Source of the DNA: an uncultured delta proteobacterium
GTDB taxonomy: Bacteria; Myxococcota_A; Polyangia; Haliangiales; Haliangiaceae
DNA: 64,000 nucleotides
Direction: 5' to 3'
NCBI GenBank assembly: GCA_963848295.1
Contig: CAWKDB010000010.1
Span: 4,320,001 to 4,384,000, forward strand
A program made the position numbers and the translations under genes. The notes beneath the pieces are model-generated. The model made no database searches. It worked only from the letters and a program-made list of their open reading frames with translations, and was not told the origin of the DNA. Below, one piece after another: positions 20,045 to 33,236 of the stretch (position 1 is its first letter; each line of letters starts with the position of its first letter).

Positions 20045-21208
20045 ATGAGTCAGGTCCTCGATCGCGTCCTTACTGCCGCCCGCCAATTAGGGGCGTCAGA
20101 CGTACACCTGAAGGCAGGCCTACCTCCGATGTTTCGCATCAAGGGTGAGCTGCGCACCGTGCGCGACGTGCCTGCGTTGACCCGCGAGGTCATCGCGCAG
20201 TTCGCGGTCCACATGATGAACGATCGCCAGCGCGCCGAGTTCGAGACCAACCTCGACATCGACCTCGCGTACGGCACGCCCGACGGTGTCCGCTACCGCG
20301 TCAACATGTTCCAGCAGCGCGGCTCCGTCGGCATGGTGATGCGGTTGATCCCGCCCGAAGTACCGCCGTTCGATCGGCTGAACCTGCCGCAAGCGGTGCT
20401 CGATCTCGCGAACAACGCGCGCGGGATCGTGCTCGTCACCGGCGCGACCGGGTCGGGCAAGTCGACGACGCTCGCCGCGATGATCGATTACGTCAACACC
20501 CAGCAGGCGTGTCACATCGTGACGATCGAAGATCCGATCGAGTACACGTTCCGCGACAAGCGCTCGGTCATCAACCAGCGCGAGGTCGGGTTCGATACGA
20601 TGTCGTTCTCGCGCGCGTTGCGCGCCGCGCTTCGCCAGGATCCGGACGTCGTGCTCGTCGGCGAGATGCGCGACTTCGAGACCGCGCAGATCGCGATGAC
20701 CGCGGCGGAGACCGGCCACCTCGTGTTGTCGACGCTGCACACCGTCGACGCGACCGAGACGGTGAGCCGCATCATCTCGATGTTCCCGACCCACCAGCAG
20801 CAGCAAGCGCGGCTCACGCTCGCTGCGGTGATCAAAGGGGTAATCTCGCAGCGCCTGTTGCCGCGCGCCGATGGCAAAGGCATGGTGCCGGCGCTCGAGA
20901 TCATGGTGAACACCGAGCGGGTGCGCGAGATGATCGAAGATCCGAATCGCACCCGCGAGATCAAGACCGCGATCGCCGAAGGTCTGCACCCGTACGGGAT
21001 GATCTCGTTCGACCAGAGCCTGGCCGCGCTAGTCAAGCAGCGTCACGTCACTTACGAGGAAGCGGTCAAGCATTCGAGCAGCCCGGCCGACTTCGCATTG
21101 TTGTTTCGCGGCGTCTCGGCCGGCGCAGCAGCATGGCAGGGAGCAGCGACACCGCCCAGCAAGGGAGCGAGCAATGACGAGTTCGAGATCGAAAACTTCG
21201 ATAAGTAA
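20045..21208 (+). CDS. pilT: Type IV pilus retraction ATPase, PilT/PilU family
   Basis: ASDVHLK, GATGSGKSTT, TIEDPIE, LRQDPD, GEMRD, ETGHLVLSTLHT. Confidence 0.9.
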   Translation: MSQVLDRVLTAARQLGASDVHLKAGLPPMFRIKGELRTVRDVPALTREVIAQFAVHMMNDRQRAEFETNLDIDLAYGTPDGVRYRVNMFQQRGSVGMVMRLIPPEVPPFDRLNLPQAVLDLANNARGIVLVTGATGSGKSTTLAAMIDYVNTQQACHIVTIEDPIEYTFRDKRSVINQREVGFDTMSFSRALRAALRQDPDVVLVGEMRDFETAQIAMTAAETGHLVLSTLHTVDATETVSRIISMFPTHQQQQARLTLAAVIKGVISQRLLPRADGKGMVPALEIMVNTERVREMIEDPNRTREIKTAIAEGLHPYGMISFDQSLAALVKQRHVTYEEAVKHSSSPADFALLFRGVSAGAAAWQGAATPPSKGASNDEFEIENFDK

Positions 21209-22799
21209 GGCCAGGCTGGTCGCTGCGCTCGCCGTGCTCGTGCTCGCGGCGTCGACCGCGTTTGCCGGCGGCCACAAGCGCGTGGTCGTGCTCGACTTCG
21301 AGGGGCCGAAGGCCGACAAGTTCCACGAGGACGTCATCCGGCTGCTCAGGAAGAGTCACAACGTCGTGCCGCTCGACAAGTGGACGAGCACCGCCGACGA
21401 GCTCGACGCGGCGAAGGTCACCGAGAAGAACGTCAAGAAGATCGCGAAGAAGCTCAAGATCGACGGCGTCGTCACCGGCAAGGTCGAGAAGCGTCACGAC
21501 GAGTACGTGCTCGTGCTCAAGCTGCGCTCTGGCACGTCGGGTGAGGTGGTCGGCGACAAGGTCGAGATCAAGTCCGATACCTCGCGGCTCGAAGGCGATG
21601 CGCAGCGCGCGATCAAGGACCAGCTCGTCGCGGCGGTCGACGACCTCGAGTCGAACCACGGCGGCGCCTCGGACGACGACGCCACGGCGGACGACCCGCC
21701 GAAGAAGCATCACCACGACGACGACACCGCGGCGACCGACGACCCGCCGAAGAAGCATCACCACAAGGACGACGATGCGGCGACGAGCGACGACCCGCCG
21801 AAGAAGCATCGCAAGGACGACGACGACAGCTCCGCCTCGTCCGACGACCCGCCGAAGAAGCATCACAAGGACGATTCCGATACCTCCGCCTCGTCCGATG
21901 ACCCTCCGAAGAAGCATCACAAGCGGGTCGCGTCGAGCGAAGACGACGACGGCGTGACCAAAGACTCCGGCGACCAGCCCGCAGCGATGGACTCCGAGAC
22001 CGCGATCAACCCGGCAAATCGCGCGATCGATATGGGCATCGGGCTGTCGTTCACCGCTCGCAAGCTGACGTTCAAGTCCGACGCCGACCTCGCCGCGCCG
22101 CCGCCACAGTACGCGAACCAGGTGCCGCTGCCGGGCGCGTACCTCGCCGGCACGGTCTACCCGTTGTCGATCGGGCACAACCGCACGGACATCTACGCCG
22201 GGCTCGGCCTGACGTTCAGCTACGACCGCGTGCTCTACATCCAGTCGGAGAAGGGCTACATCGACGCGATGACGATGACCAGCGAGACCGCGAAGCTCGC
22301 GACGATCGAATCGCGGTGGTCGCTCGGCCCGGTCTTCCGCTACCCGCTCAACGGCAAGGGCGCGGTCGGCGGGTCGCTCGTCTATAGCAAGCAGAAGTTC
22401 CAGATCGCGCAGCAGCTGCCCGACATGTCGCCGACCGACGTGCCGACGATCCTCTACCAGACGATCGAGCTCGGCGGCTTCGTGCAGTACCCGGTGATCC
22501 CGAAGCTCACCGCCAACCTCAACGTCGGCCTGATGGCGTTCCTCAGCGACGGCGACATCGGGGCGCCAAACCAATACGGCGGCGGCGGCAAGATCGGGTT
22601 TGAAGGCGCGATCGGCGCGGACTACATGCTCAAGCCGAAGATCTTCCTGCGCGCGCAGATTCGGCTCGAAGAGGTCAGTCTCAGCTTCAACGGCACCGGC
22701 GCGCAGACGACGATGCGCGATAGCGACCCGGCGCAGGACGTCCACGGCGCGACCGACATGTATTACGGCGGCGCCGTGACCATCGGCTTCTTCTATTAG
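21174..22799 (+). CDS. Secreted/outer-membrane protein with DDPPKKHH repeat linker and C-terminal beta-barrel-like domain
   Basis: Signal peptide ending AFA; amphipathic strands; terminal TIGFFY; exact start uncertain because it overlaps the pilT end. Confidence 0.7.
   Translation: MTSSRSKTSISKARLVAALAVLVLAASTAFAGGHKRVVVLDFEGPKADKFHEDVIRLLRKSHNVVPLDKWTSTADELDAAKVTEKNVKKIAKKLKIDGVVTGKVEKRHDEYVLVLKLRSGTSGEVVGDKVEIKSDTSRLEGDAQRAIKDQLVAAVDDLESNHGGASDDDATADDPPKKHHHDDDTAATDDPPKKHHHKDDDAATSDDPPKKHRKDDDDSSASSDDPPKKHHKDDSDTSASSDDPPKKHHKRVASSEDDDGVTKDSGDQPAAMDSETAINPANRAIDMGIGLSFTARKLTFKSDADLAAPPPQYANQVPLPGAYLAGTVYPLSIGHNRTDIYAGLGLTFSYDRVLYIQSEKGYIDAMTMTSETAKLATIESRWSLGPVFRYPLNGKGAVGGSLVYSKQKFQIAQQLPDMSPTDVPTILYQTIELGGFVQYPVIPKLTANLNVGLMAFLSDGDIGAPNQYGGGGKIGFEGAIGADYMLKPKIFLRAQIRLEEVSLSFNGTGAQTTMRDSDPAQDVHGATDMYYGGAVTIGFFY
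21690..21920 (+). repeat. Five in-frame repeats encoding DDPPKKH
   Basis: gacgacccgccgaagaagcat at 21690, 21738, 21789 and 21843, with a variant at 21897. Confidence 0.9.
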
Positions 22800-22828
22800 C
22801 CGACGGCCTTCGTGCTAGAACGCAGCGG

Positions 22829-25501
<2,673 letters not shown>

Positions 25502-25513
25502 TTTACTGGCCTC

Positions 25514-27643
25514 ATGGCCGCCGACGACACCAGCGGCGCGAAGCCGGCTCCGGTCGTGCTCCGCATCAAGCTGCGCTACGACGACGTCGAAGCGATGGTG
25601 CAGCGGTTTGCGCCGAACGCGGGCAAGTCCGGCCTGTTCTTGCCGACGAAGTCGCTACAGCCGGTCGGCGCGGAGATCAAGTTCGAGCTCCGGCTCAACA
25701 ACGATACGCCAGTGCTCGTCGGTCTTGGCCGGGTCAAGGCGGCGCGCGAGCCGGATCCGACGAACCCGAAAGCGGCATTCGGCATGGCGATCGAGCTGAT
25801 GCGCGTCACGCGCGAAGGCCGCGACGTGATCATGCGGATGCTCGAGCGCCGGCGGGCGATGGGGCTCGCGGACGTCGCGATCCCGATGCCGTCGGATATC
25901 GACCAGGCGCGGCGCGCGGAGGTCGACACCGGTCCGGCACACGCGGCGCCGGTGCCCGCGCCCGAGCTCGAGTCCGCGCCGATCGCAGCGGCCGAGCCCG
26001 CGTTCACCGCACCGCGCCGGGCGAGCACGCCGATGGCGATCGGCATCGCCAAAGATTCGTCGCGCCCGACGCTGCAACCGCTCGCACCCGAGGCGGCGCG
26101 GCCCAAGCGCCCGCGGATCAGCGATGTCGTCGCGCGCGCGGAGGCCGCAGGCGGCGTCGTGGTGACCGCGATCCCGGAGCTCGATCAGCACGTCGATCTC
26201 GAACGCGCGATGGCGCGCGCCCGCGCGTTGGCCGGCGGCGAGCTCGACGCCGAGCTCGGCGCCTTGCGCGAGCACGCCGCGGCGCCGATCGCGATCGACG
26301 TCGAAGCCGCCTCCGCCGAGCTCGCGAGACAACTCGGCGGTCGCGCGATCGCCCGCAAGGATCGCAACGCCGGCTGGGCGACTCCACCGCAAGTCGAATC
26401 GAAGCCCGAGCCCGCTCCCGCGCCCGCTCTGGTTCCGATCCCGCAAGCCGTACCCGATCCCGACCTCGATCCCGAGCCGAGCGCCAACGCGAGCGCGACG
26501 ATGATCACGAAAGCGCGCGACGAGTCGTCGGTCAGCGTCACCGCGGTCGATGCCGAAATCGAAGCGCTCGTCGCCGCCGGCGATCCCGAGACCGAGCGAC
26601 CGAGCGCTGGTCTGGTCGAGCGACCGCGGACCGTGCCGCCGCCGAGCGCCGACCTCGCACCGCCGACCGATCGCGCGAAGGCGATGCTGATCGATGACGA
26701 CTCGGACCTGTCGAGCTTCGAGGACGCGCTCGATGCCGCGATGTTGCATTCGTCGCCGGCGGTGCGCGCTGTCGCACCTAACCCCGAGGTGTTCGACGAC
26801 GAGGACGCGGTCTCTCTCGACAGCATGGATCTCGAAGAAGAGCCGAGCGAGATGACCGAGATCGGCGGCATGCCGGGCGCCCCGGTCCCGGCGATGCCCG
26901 CGGACCTCGGCGACCGGCTCGACGCACACCTCGCGGCTGCCGAGGTCGAGGCCGAGGCGGAGTTCGCCGGTGTCGGCAACGCGACGATCGGCGAGGCCGA
27001 GCTGCCGGCGGGACTCGAAGCCGCCCTCGAGGGGGAACAGTTCGACGCCGAAGAGATCTCTGACTTCGACGTGCTCGCCGAAGCGGACGCCGACGATGCG
27101 GATCTCTTGTCGGCCGACGGCGAGGCCGACGCCTCCGGCAGCGTCGAGTCTCCAGCCGCACCCGCGGCGCCCGAGGACTACGACTTCGCCGATCACCTCG
27201 ACCTGAGCGAAGACGCGGCGCCGCAGTTCGACGAGCGCCACGCGGGGATCTCGCGCCGCCAGCGGCCGGTCGCCGACGAGCCGCCCGTTGCCGAGCCGCA
27301 AGGCCGGTACGATCACGACGATCAAGCGAGTAACGAGTACACGCTGAGCGAAGCGCTGCCGAACGACGGGCTCGACTTCGACGAGCCCCACTTCCGCGCG
27401 CTCACGCCGCTGCCGACGACCGACGACCCTCTGCCCCCAGGCGCGGCGGAGTACGATCTCGACTCGGCGCTCGAACATCTCGACCCGAACCTCGATCAGC
27501 TGGCGGCCCGCCGGCCGGATTCCGAGCCGAACGCCCCACGTGCCCGCTCGCGCGCCGGGCGCGCCGACGAGCACGAGCCACGTCCGGGTCGCGCGTCTAC
27601 CGACGATGGCATCCTGATCGACTTCGACGACGATGACGAGTAG
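25514..27643 (+). CDS. Protein with PilZ-like N-terminal domain and long acidic, probably disordered tail
   Basis: N...SGLFL.T....VG..I.FEL...G.V....GMAI N-terminus; rest rich in D/E/A/P, ending DFDDDDE. Confidence 0.65.
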   Translation: MAADDTSGAKPAPVVLRIKLRYDDVEAMVQRFAPNAGKSGLFLPTKSLQPVGAEIKFELRLNNDTPVLVGLGRVKAAREPDPTNPKAAFGMAIELMRVTREGRDVIMRMLERRRAMGLADVAIPMPSDIDQARRAEVDTGPAHAAPVPAPELESAPIAAAEPAFTAPRRASTPMAIGIAKDSSRPTLQPLAPEAARPKRPRISDVVARAEAAGGVVVTAIPELDQHVDLERAMARARALAGGELDAELGALREHAAAPIAIDVEAASAELARQLGGRAIARKDRNAGWATPPQVESKPEPAPAPALVPIPQAVPDPDLDPEPSANASATMITKARDESSVSVTAVDAEIEALVAAGDPETERPSAGLVERPRTVPPPSADLAPPTDRAKAMLIDDDSDLSSFEDALDAAMLHSSPAVRAVAPNPEVFDDEDAVSLDSMDLEEEPSEMTEIGGMPGAPVPAMPADLGDRLDAHLAAAEVEAEAEFAGVGNATIGEAELPAGLEAALEGEQFDAEEISDFDVLAEADADDADLLSADGEADASGSVESPAAPAAPEDYDFADHLDLSEDAAPQFDERHAGISRRQRPVADEPPVAEPQGRYDHDDQASNEYTLSEALPNDGLDFDEPHFRALTPLPTTDDPLPPGAAEYDLDSALEHLDPNLDQLAARRPDSEPNAPRARSRAGRADEHEPRPGRASTDDGILIDFDDDDE

Positions 27644-27646
27644 CTG

Positions 27647-28993
27647 CTACCCGAGACCGGGGTGCGCGAGCGCGCGAATCAGCGCCTGGCGATCGCCGGC
27701 GTGACGCTGCCACAGCTCGGTGATCTGATCCGCCTGCGTCCGACCGGTCTCGGCGATCTGTTCGACCGGCGCGATCAGGGGCATCGCCGCGGGTGCGACT
27801 CGCGATAATCCTGCGCGCGCGATCGCGACGAGCTGCTTGGCGAGCTCGCCGACGGAGTGGCGACCCGCCTTCGCGGCGAAGCCTTGGCGCGGTACGTCGT
27901 CCGCGAGCTGGTCGAGCTCGGCGAACGTCATCCCCGCGGTCAGCGCGATCGCGGCGGAGCGCGCGTCGGTGTCGTAGAGCAAGCCGCGCATGAACGGCGA
28001 CAGCGCGGCGATCATCTCGAGCGAGCCGCAATCACAGCCGCGGACCTCGATGACCTTCTTGAGCCGGCCTTCGGGGAACAGCGTCGACAGGTGCAGCGCC
28101 CAGTCTTCGCGGGTCGCGCGCTCGCCGTTCCAGCCGTCCTTCATGTACTGGCGAAACGTCAGACCCGCGGGCACGACGTGGTAGCCGCTGCGATAGACGA
28201 AGTACATCGGCACGTCGAGCGCCCACTGCGTGTACGCGGTGAACAGGTCGTCGCGGTCGAACACGAACGGCAGCAGGCCGGCTCGCGCCCGGTCGGTATC
28301 GCGCCAGATCCACGCGCGATACGTCTGGAAGCCGCTGACCTTGTCCTCGACGATCGGCGACGCCGCCCACAGCGCGGTCAAGATCGAGGTCGTGGCGTAG
28401 ACGCAACGCATCTTCGCCGCGGCGTCGACCTCGTCAGAGAAATCGAGGTTCGCCTGCACCGTCGCGGTGCGCAGCATCATGTCGAGGCCGCGCGTGCCGA
28501 CCGTCGGCATGTACGCGCGCATGACGTCGTAGCGCTGCTTCGGCATCCACGGGACGTCGGCGCGACCGCCGAACGGACGCAGGCCGATCGACAGCCACGC
28601 GAGATCGAGCTCCTTCGACGCGGCGGCGAGCTCGGCGATGTACGCGCGCAGATCGCTGACGAAGTCGCGATCGTCGGCGACCGGGCGCGCCGCGAGCTCG
28701 AACTGACCGCCGGGCTCGATCGTGAGCTGGGCATCGCCGCGCGACAGCGCGATCGCGTGGCCATTCTCGACGACTGGCGTACCGCTCTTGCTCGCGAACC
28801 AGTTGAACAGCGCGCCGATGCCGGCTCTGCCTTCGTAGGGCGGCGCCGCGCCGGTCGCTCGGCTCACGCCGATCAGCTCGTGCTCGGTGCCGACCCGCCA
28901 TTGCCCGGCGGGCTTGCCCGCGGTTTCGAAATAGGCGCGGAGGTCCGCATCCGTGCGGACCGGGACGGCGTCGTGTTCGTCGACGAGATGCAC
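27647..28993 (-). CDS. gshA: Glutamate--cysteine ligase (GCS2, plant/alphaproteobacterial type)
   Basis: GTEHE, TIEPGGQFEL, MPKQRY, DMMLRTATVQANLD, HLSTLFPE.RLK..IEVRG.D. Confidence 0.93.
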   Translation of the reverse strand: MHLVDEHDAVPVRTDADLRAYFETAGKPAGQWRVGTEHELIGVSRATGAAPPYEGRAGIGALFNWFASKSGTPVVENGHAIALSRGDAQLTIEPGGQFELAARPVADDRDFVSDLRAYIAELAAASKELDLAWLSIGLRPFGGRADVPWMPKQRYDVMRAYMPTVGTRGLDMMLRTATVQANLDFSDEVDAAAKMRCVYATTSILTALWAASPIVEDKVSGFQTYRAWIWRDTDRARAGLLPFVFDRDDLFTAYTQWALDVPMYFVYRSGYHVVPAGLTFRQYMKDGWNGERATREDWALHLSTLFPEGRLKKVIEVRGCDCGSLEMIAALSPFMRGLLYDTDARSAAIALTAGMTFAELDQLADDVPRQGFAAKAGRHSVGELAKQLVAIARAGLSRVAPAAMPLIAPVEQIAETGRTQADQITELWQRHAGDRQALIRALAHPGLG

Positions 28994-29127
28994 GCGGGTA
29001 CGGCACTCTAGGGGGCGATCCCCACCTCGTCAACCGACCGTGCTAGCGTCGCACCCGTGTCGGTCGAGATTTCTCCGTTCGATCAACCGCACCGCCATCC
29101 GGCGGCGGTGACGGTCCCGGGCCAGCC

Positions 29128-29685
29128 GTGACCATCGACGCCAAGCGAGCGCGCCTGCTCGAATTGCTGCGCGAAAAGGCGTTCGCCGAGCGCGAGGTCA
29201 CGTTGTCGTCGGGCCTCAAGTCGAACTTCTATATCGACTGCAAGCAGGTCAGCCTCGACGCCGAAGGGGCTTCGCTGATCGGCGCGGTGTTTGACTACAC
29301 GATCGGGCAGGTAGCAGCGCACGCGGTCGCTGTAGGCGGGCTCACGCTCGGCGCCGATCCGCTCGCGACCGCGACCAGCATCCACAGCTTCACGGCCGGT
29401 CATCCGCGCGCCGCGTTCATCGTGCGCAAGGAGCCGAAGGGCCACGGCACGAACCAATGGGTCGAGAGCGCCGGTCTCGCGGTCGGCTCGTCGGTCGTCG
29501 TCCTGGAGGATGTGATCACCACCGGCGCGTCGACGCTGCGCGCGATCGAGCGGGCGCGGCTCGCCGGGCTCGTCGTGGTGCACGCGCTCGCGCTCGTCGA
29601 TCGCCTGGAGGGTGGTCGCGAGGCGATCGAGCGCGAGGTCGCGCTGACCACGTTGTTCACCCGCCGCGACTTCCTGCCGACATGA
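29128..29685 (+). CDS. pyrE: Orotate phosphoribosyltransferase
   Basis: LSSG.KSNFYID, GADPL, VRKEPKGHGT, VVLEDVITTGAS, VDRLEGG. Confidence 0.96.
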   Translation: MTIDAKRARLLELLREKAFAEREVTLSSGLKSNFYIDCKQVSLDAEGASLIGAVFDYTIGQVAAHAVAVGGLTLGADPLATATSIHSFTAGHPRAAFIVRKEPKGHGTNQWVESAGLAVGSSVVVLEDVITTGASTLRAIERARLAGLVVVHALALVDRLEGGREAIEREVALTTLFTRRDFLPT

Positions 29686-30284
29686 GACGCGCCGTCGCCA
29701 TCGCACTCTTGCTGGCCGCGTGTGGCGAGACCGCGACGATCTCGCTGCGCGACGAATGGCCAGCGAAGGTCGCAGGCTACGATGCGGTCACCGACGCCTG
29801 GACGCGCACGACGCAGCTGCGCGGCGAATTTCAAGAGGCGCTGTCCCTGTCGGCGACGTTCAAGTCCCCGGCTTGGCGCGAGGCGCACGCCGAACGCGAC
29901 GCCAAGAACCGCATGCTCGAAGGCGAACAGCGCGCGCAGCGGATCGCCCAGGCCCAGGCCGAGATGGCCGGCCCCTGGGAGATCGAGATGATGGTGACGA
30001 CGTGGGATCGCCGCGAGAACGATCTCGATCGTGGCAAGAAGAGCGTCTGGCACGTCGCGCTGATCGATGACGCGGGGAACGAGGTCGCTCCGCTCGAGAT
30101 CGTGCGCGACAAGCGCCCGCTGTACACGTTGCACGCCGAGTTCCCCGCGTTCGACGACTTTGCGAGCGCTTACATCGCGCGGTTCCCACGGACGGCCGCG
30201 GTGCTCGGCCCAGGTGTTCGCGCGGTGCGACTGCGGATGAGCAGCGAGCGCGGAGGCGTCGAGCTTACTTGGACGGGTCCGTAG
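29682..30284 (+). CDS. Hypothetical lipoprotein
   Basis: MRRAVAIALLLAACG lipobox; ATGA overlap with the pyrE stop. Confidence 0.8.
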   Translation: MRRAVAIALLLAACGETATISLRDEWPAKVAGYDAVTDAWTRTTQLRGEFQEALSLSATFKSPAWREAHAERDAKNRMLEGEQRAQRIAQAQAEMAGPWEIEMMVTTWDRRENDLDRGKKSVWHVALIDDAGNEVAPLEIVRDKRPLYTLHAEFPAFDDFASAYIARFPRTAAVLGPGVRAVRLRMSSERGGVELTWTGP

Positions 30285-33168
30285 GCTTCTTGCGCTGCTT
30301 CGGCTGCGGGATGTAGCTCGTCGAGTTGCGCTTGGTCCGGCCGAACACGCGGTCCCAGAACTTCGGCGGCTGGTAACCCTCGTCGAGATCGTCGAACGAT
30401 TCCTGGCGGACGACCGGCGCGGTGTAGCCGCTCCCGGGCGACGGCGTGCCGGCGCGGAAGAAGGCCTCTTCGTCGTCGGAGAATGACGCGGCATCTTTGC
30501 GGACAGCCGCGACCGCTTGCTCGCGCGCCGGAGTCGCGGCATCGGCGGTCGCAGGTGAGGCGGCTTGCGCGACCGCGATCGCGCTGACCGCTTCGTGCAC
30601 GGCCGCGAGATCCGCGACGAGGATCGACGGCTCCGCTACCGGCTCGCGGTGGGGCTCGCCGATCGGTGGTCGCGGCCGGATCTCGCCCGTCGTCTCTTTG
30701 ATCGGAGGGCCATCGCTCTCGAGCGGTGCCGGGCTCGGTCGGCGCGCGCGCGCCGCGAGCTTCGCAGTGTCGGCGCCGGAGACCTCGCGCACGACGCCAT
30801 CGGACGGCCCGTCGACCGCATGCTCGGGCGCTGCGGTGATCGGCTCGATCTTGACGACGGGCAGCGTCGGCAGATCGTCGGACTCGACCGGCGTCGGCTG
30901 GGACACGGGCTGGGCGACCATCGCGGCGATCGGGCTGGCCTCCGGCGTCGGGTGGGCGACCATCGCGGCGACCGCGCGTTCGGCGGCGAGGCGTTCGGCG
31001 GCTTCGGAGGCCTCGCGTCTTTGGCGCTCGAGCGTGTCGCGGATCAGCTGCTGGGCGGACTCGCGGAGGCGCTCCTGGACGAGCGCTGCGTCGGCGGCTT
31101 CGGCTTTGGCTTTGGCGGCGGAGAGGCGTTCGGCTTCCGCGGCGGCAACGGCAGCGGCCTCGGCTTCGGCCTTGGCAACGGCAGCGGCCTCGGCTTCGGC
31201 CTTGGCAACGGCAGCGGCCTCGGCTTCGGCCTTGGCAACGGCAGCGGCCTTGGCAGCGGCTTCGGCCTTGGCAACGGCTTCGGCCTTGGCAACGGCTTCG
31301 GCTTCCGCAACGGCTTCGGCCTTGGCAACGGCTTCGGCCTTGGCAGCGGCAACGGCTTCGGCAGCGGCAACGGCTTCGGCAGCGGCCTCGGCAACGGCAA
31401 CGGCTTCGGCAGCGGCTTCGGCAGCGGCAACGGCTTCGGCCTTGGCAGCGGCTTCGGCTTCGGCCTTGGCAACGGCTTCGGCTTTCGCGGCGGCTTCGGC
31501 TCTCGCAACGGCTTCGGCTTCGGCTTTCGCGGCGGCTATGGCTCTCGCAACGGCTTCGGCTTCGGCTTTCGCGGCGGCTATGGCTCTCGCAACGGCTTCG
31601 GCTTCGGCTTTCGCGGCGGCTATGGCTTTGGCCTCGGTGGCGGCCTTCGCCGCAGCTTCGGCGTCCGCGCGCGCCTTCGCGTCGGCATCGGCCTTGGCCT
31701 TGGCCTTCGCCGCCTTGGCTTCCGCCCGCGTCTTGTCCTTGGCGGCAGCTTTCGCTTCCGCTTCGGCTTTCGCTTCCGCTTCGGCCTTCGCGATCGCGGC
31801 CACATCGAGCTCCGGGTTCGTGTCGCCGAGCACCACGGACGGCTCGAGCCCGATGTCGGTCGGGAAGATCCGGTGGCGCTTGTCGGTGTCCATCAGGGCC
31901 TCGAGCCCCTCGCGCGAAACGCCGCGTGTCGCGATGTCGATCTCGCCGTGAGCCCCGACCGCGGGCACGACGCCGGACAGCGGCCCGACCTCGGCGCCGA
32001 CCGTGCGCGGCACGAGCGCACCCCAATCGATGTCGGCGCGCTGCTGCACGATCGGCTGCGATGCCGACGCCGCTTGCTCGGCCTTCCTTCGCTTTTTCTT
32101 CTTCTTGTTGAACTTCGCGTACTGGCCCGATTGGCTAGCTCCGCTCGCGACCTTCGCGACCGGCTCGGTATCGACCACGGTGGACGTGCGTTCGACCACC
32201 GAGTCGCGAGTCTCGCCGCCGACCAGCCACTCTTCGATCGCGAGCACCGCGCGCCACGTCGCTTTCGGTCGCTCGCCGTGCGCGACGCGGATCACCCCAG
32301 CCTCGAGCGCTTTCTGCGCGACGCGCAGGGTCTCGAACACGCGATACGGCGAGTCCTCGAGGATGTCGGCGAGCACGCGATGGCCGTCGAACATCCGCAA
32401 CACGCTGTAGACCTCGGCGGGAATCGTCGAGCCGAGGCTCGTGATCCGCTGCATGTCTTGCTCGAGCACCATCGACGGCGACAAACGCTCGGCCGTCTCG
32501 CGCACGCCTTCGAGGAAACGCTCGGCGTCGGCGAACAGCTCTTCCGACGTCAACGGGATCTGCGCGCGCCGGACGAGATCTTCGTGGTGGAAGTCGAACC
32601 GCGCATCGGTCCACAACAGCAGCTGGTGAAACGCGGCCTGGCCGTGGATCAGGCCGACCTGCGCCGAGGTGACCTCCCCGTTGTAGAATCGGACCTCGCC
32701 GCGGCGTAGTCCGCGGATCAGCGTGAGCACCGCGCTGCGCCCGAGCGTCGAGAGCGCGCGAACCAGCGTGTAGACGCCGGTGACCTCTGCGAGGCTGCCC
32801 TGCAGCCGGGTTCGATCTGCCGCGCCGACCCCGCACAACAGCCGGCCGACCGTGACGATATCGCGCAAGTACGCCGGACGCTGGACGACCTCGTCGGCGC
32901 CTGCGGCGACGGCTGCCGCGCGTTCGACGCCGCGGCCGGCGAACACGATCGGCACGTCCGCGCCGTCGAGCAAGGTTCGGGTGCGTTGTAGCAACTCGAG
33001 CGCGTGGCCATCCACCCCGCCGACGACGACGAGGCCGGGATCTTCGAGCTCGGGCTTCGCGGGATCGCCGATCACCGCGACGACTCCCTCGCGCTCGAAC
33101 CCGAGCTGGACCTGTCGCCCCGCCCGTCGATCGGGATCGAGGACGACGACTTTCGAAGGCCCCGGCAT
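30265..33168 (-). CDS. Receiver-like + DUF4388-like protein with long Ala/Glu/Lys repeat
   Basis: KVVVLD...AGADEV, LQGSL...[11 protein letters not shown]...G..AF..LL.W...F.F; about 230 aa of AKAEAEA repeats. Confidence 0.75.
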   Translation of the reverse strand: MPGPSKVVVLDPDRRAGRQVQLGFEREGVVAVIGDPAKPELEDPGLVVVGGVDGHALELLQRTRTLLDGADVPIVFAGRGVERAAAVAAGADEVVQRPAYLRDIVTVGRLLCGVGAADRTRLQGSLAEVTGVYTLVRALSTLGRSAVLTLIRGLRRGEVRFYNGEVTSAQVGLIHGQAAFHQLLLWTDARFDFHHEDLVRRAQIPLTSEELFADAERFLEGVRETAERLSPSMVLEQDMQRITSLGSTIPAEVYSVLRMFDGHRVLADILEDSPYRVFETLRVAQKALEAGVIRVAHGERPKATWRAVLAIEEWLVGGETRDSVVERTSTVVDTEPVAKVASGASQSGQYAKFNKKKKKRRKAEQAASASQPIVQQRADIDWGALVPRTVGAEVGPLSGVVPAVGAHGEIDIATRGVSREGLEALMDTDKRHRIFPTDIGLEPSVVLGDTNPELDVAAIAKAEAEAKAEAEAKAAAKDKTRAEAKAAKAKAKADADAKARADAEAAAKAATEAKAIAAAKAEAEAVARAIAAAKAEAEAVARAIAAAKAEAEAVARAEAAAKAEAVAKAEAEAAAKAEAVAAAEAAAEAVAVAEAAAEAVAAAEAVAAAKAEAVAKAEAVAEAEAVAKAEAVAKAEAAAKAAAVAKAEAEAAAVAKAEAEAAAVAKAEAEAAAVAAAEAERLSAAKAKAEAADAALVQERLRESAQQLIRDTLERQRREASEAAERLAAERAVAAMVAHPTPEASPIAAMVAQPVSQPTPVESDDLPTLPVVKIEPITAAPEHAVDGPSDGVVREVSGADTAKLAARARRPSPAPLESDGPPIKETTGEIRPRPPIGEPHREPVAEPSILVADLAAVHEAVSAIAVAQAASPATADAATPAREQAVAAVRKDAASFSDDEEAFFRAGTPSPGSGYTAPVVRQESFDDLDEGYQPPKFWDRVFGRTKRNSTSYIPQPKQRKKPTDPSK
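31100..31790 (-). repeat. Intragenic tandem repeats encoding an Ala/Glu/Lys-rich helix
   Basis: About 3 copies of a 30-bp unit near 31144-31240, about 3 copies of a 42-bp unit near 31470-31620, plus shorter gcaacggcttcg units. Confidence 0.9.
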
Positions 33169-33236
33169 GCGCGAAGATCGAGCCTACAGTATAACGGAGG
33201 CGACGGATCGTCCGACGACACCGCCGCAAAAACCAC

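Noticed and set aside
21690..21920. Regularly spaced 21-bp repeats as a possible CRISPR array
   Set aside because: All are in frame within a CDS, the spacers resemble each other, and no cas genes are present
30565..32709. 714-aa plus-strand ORF with GFGLGNG repeats, and the PKP-repeat frame at 31044-31508
   Set aside because: Alternative-frame shadows of the Ala/Glu/Lys repeat; the minus-strand 967-aa frame carries the recognisable domains
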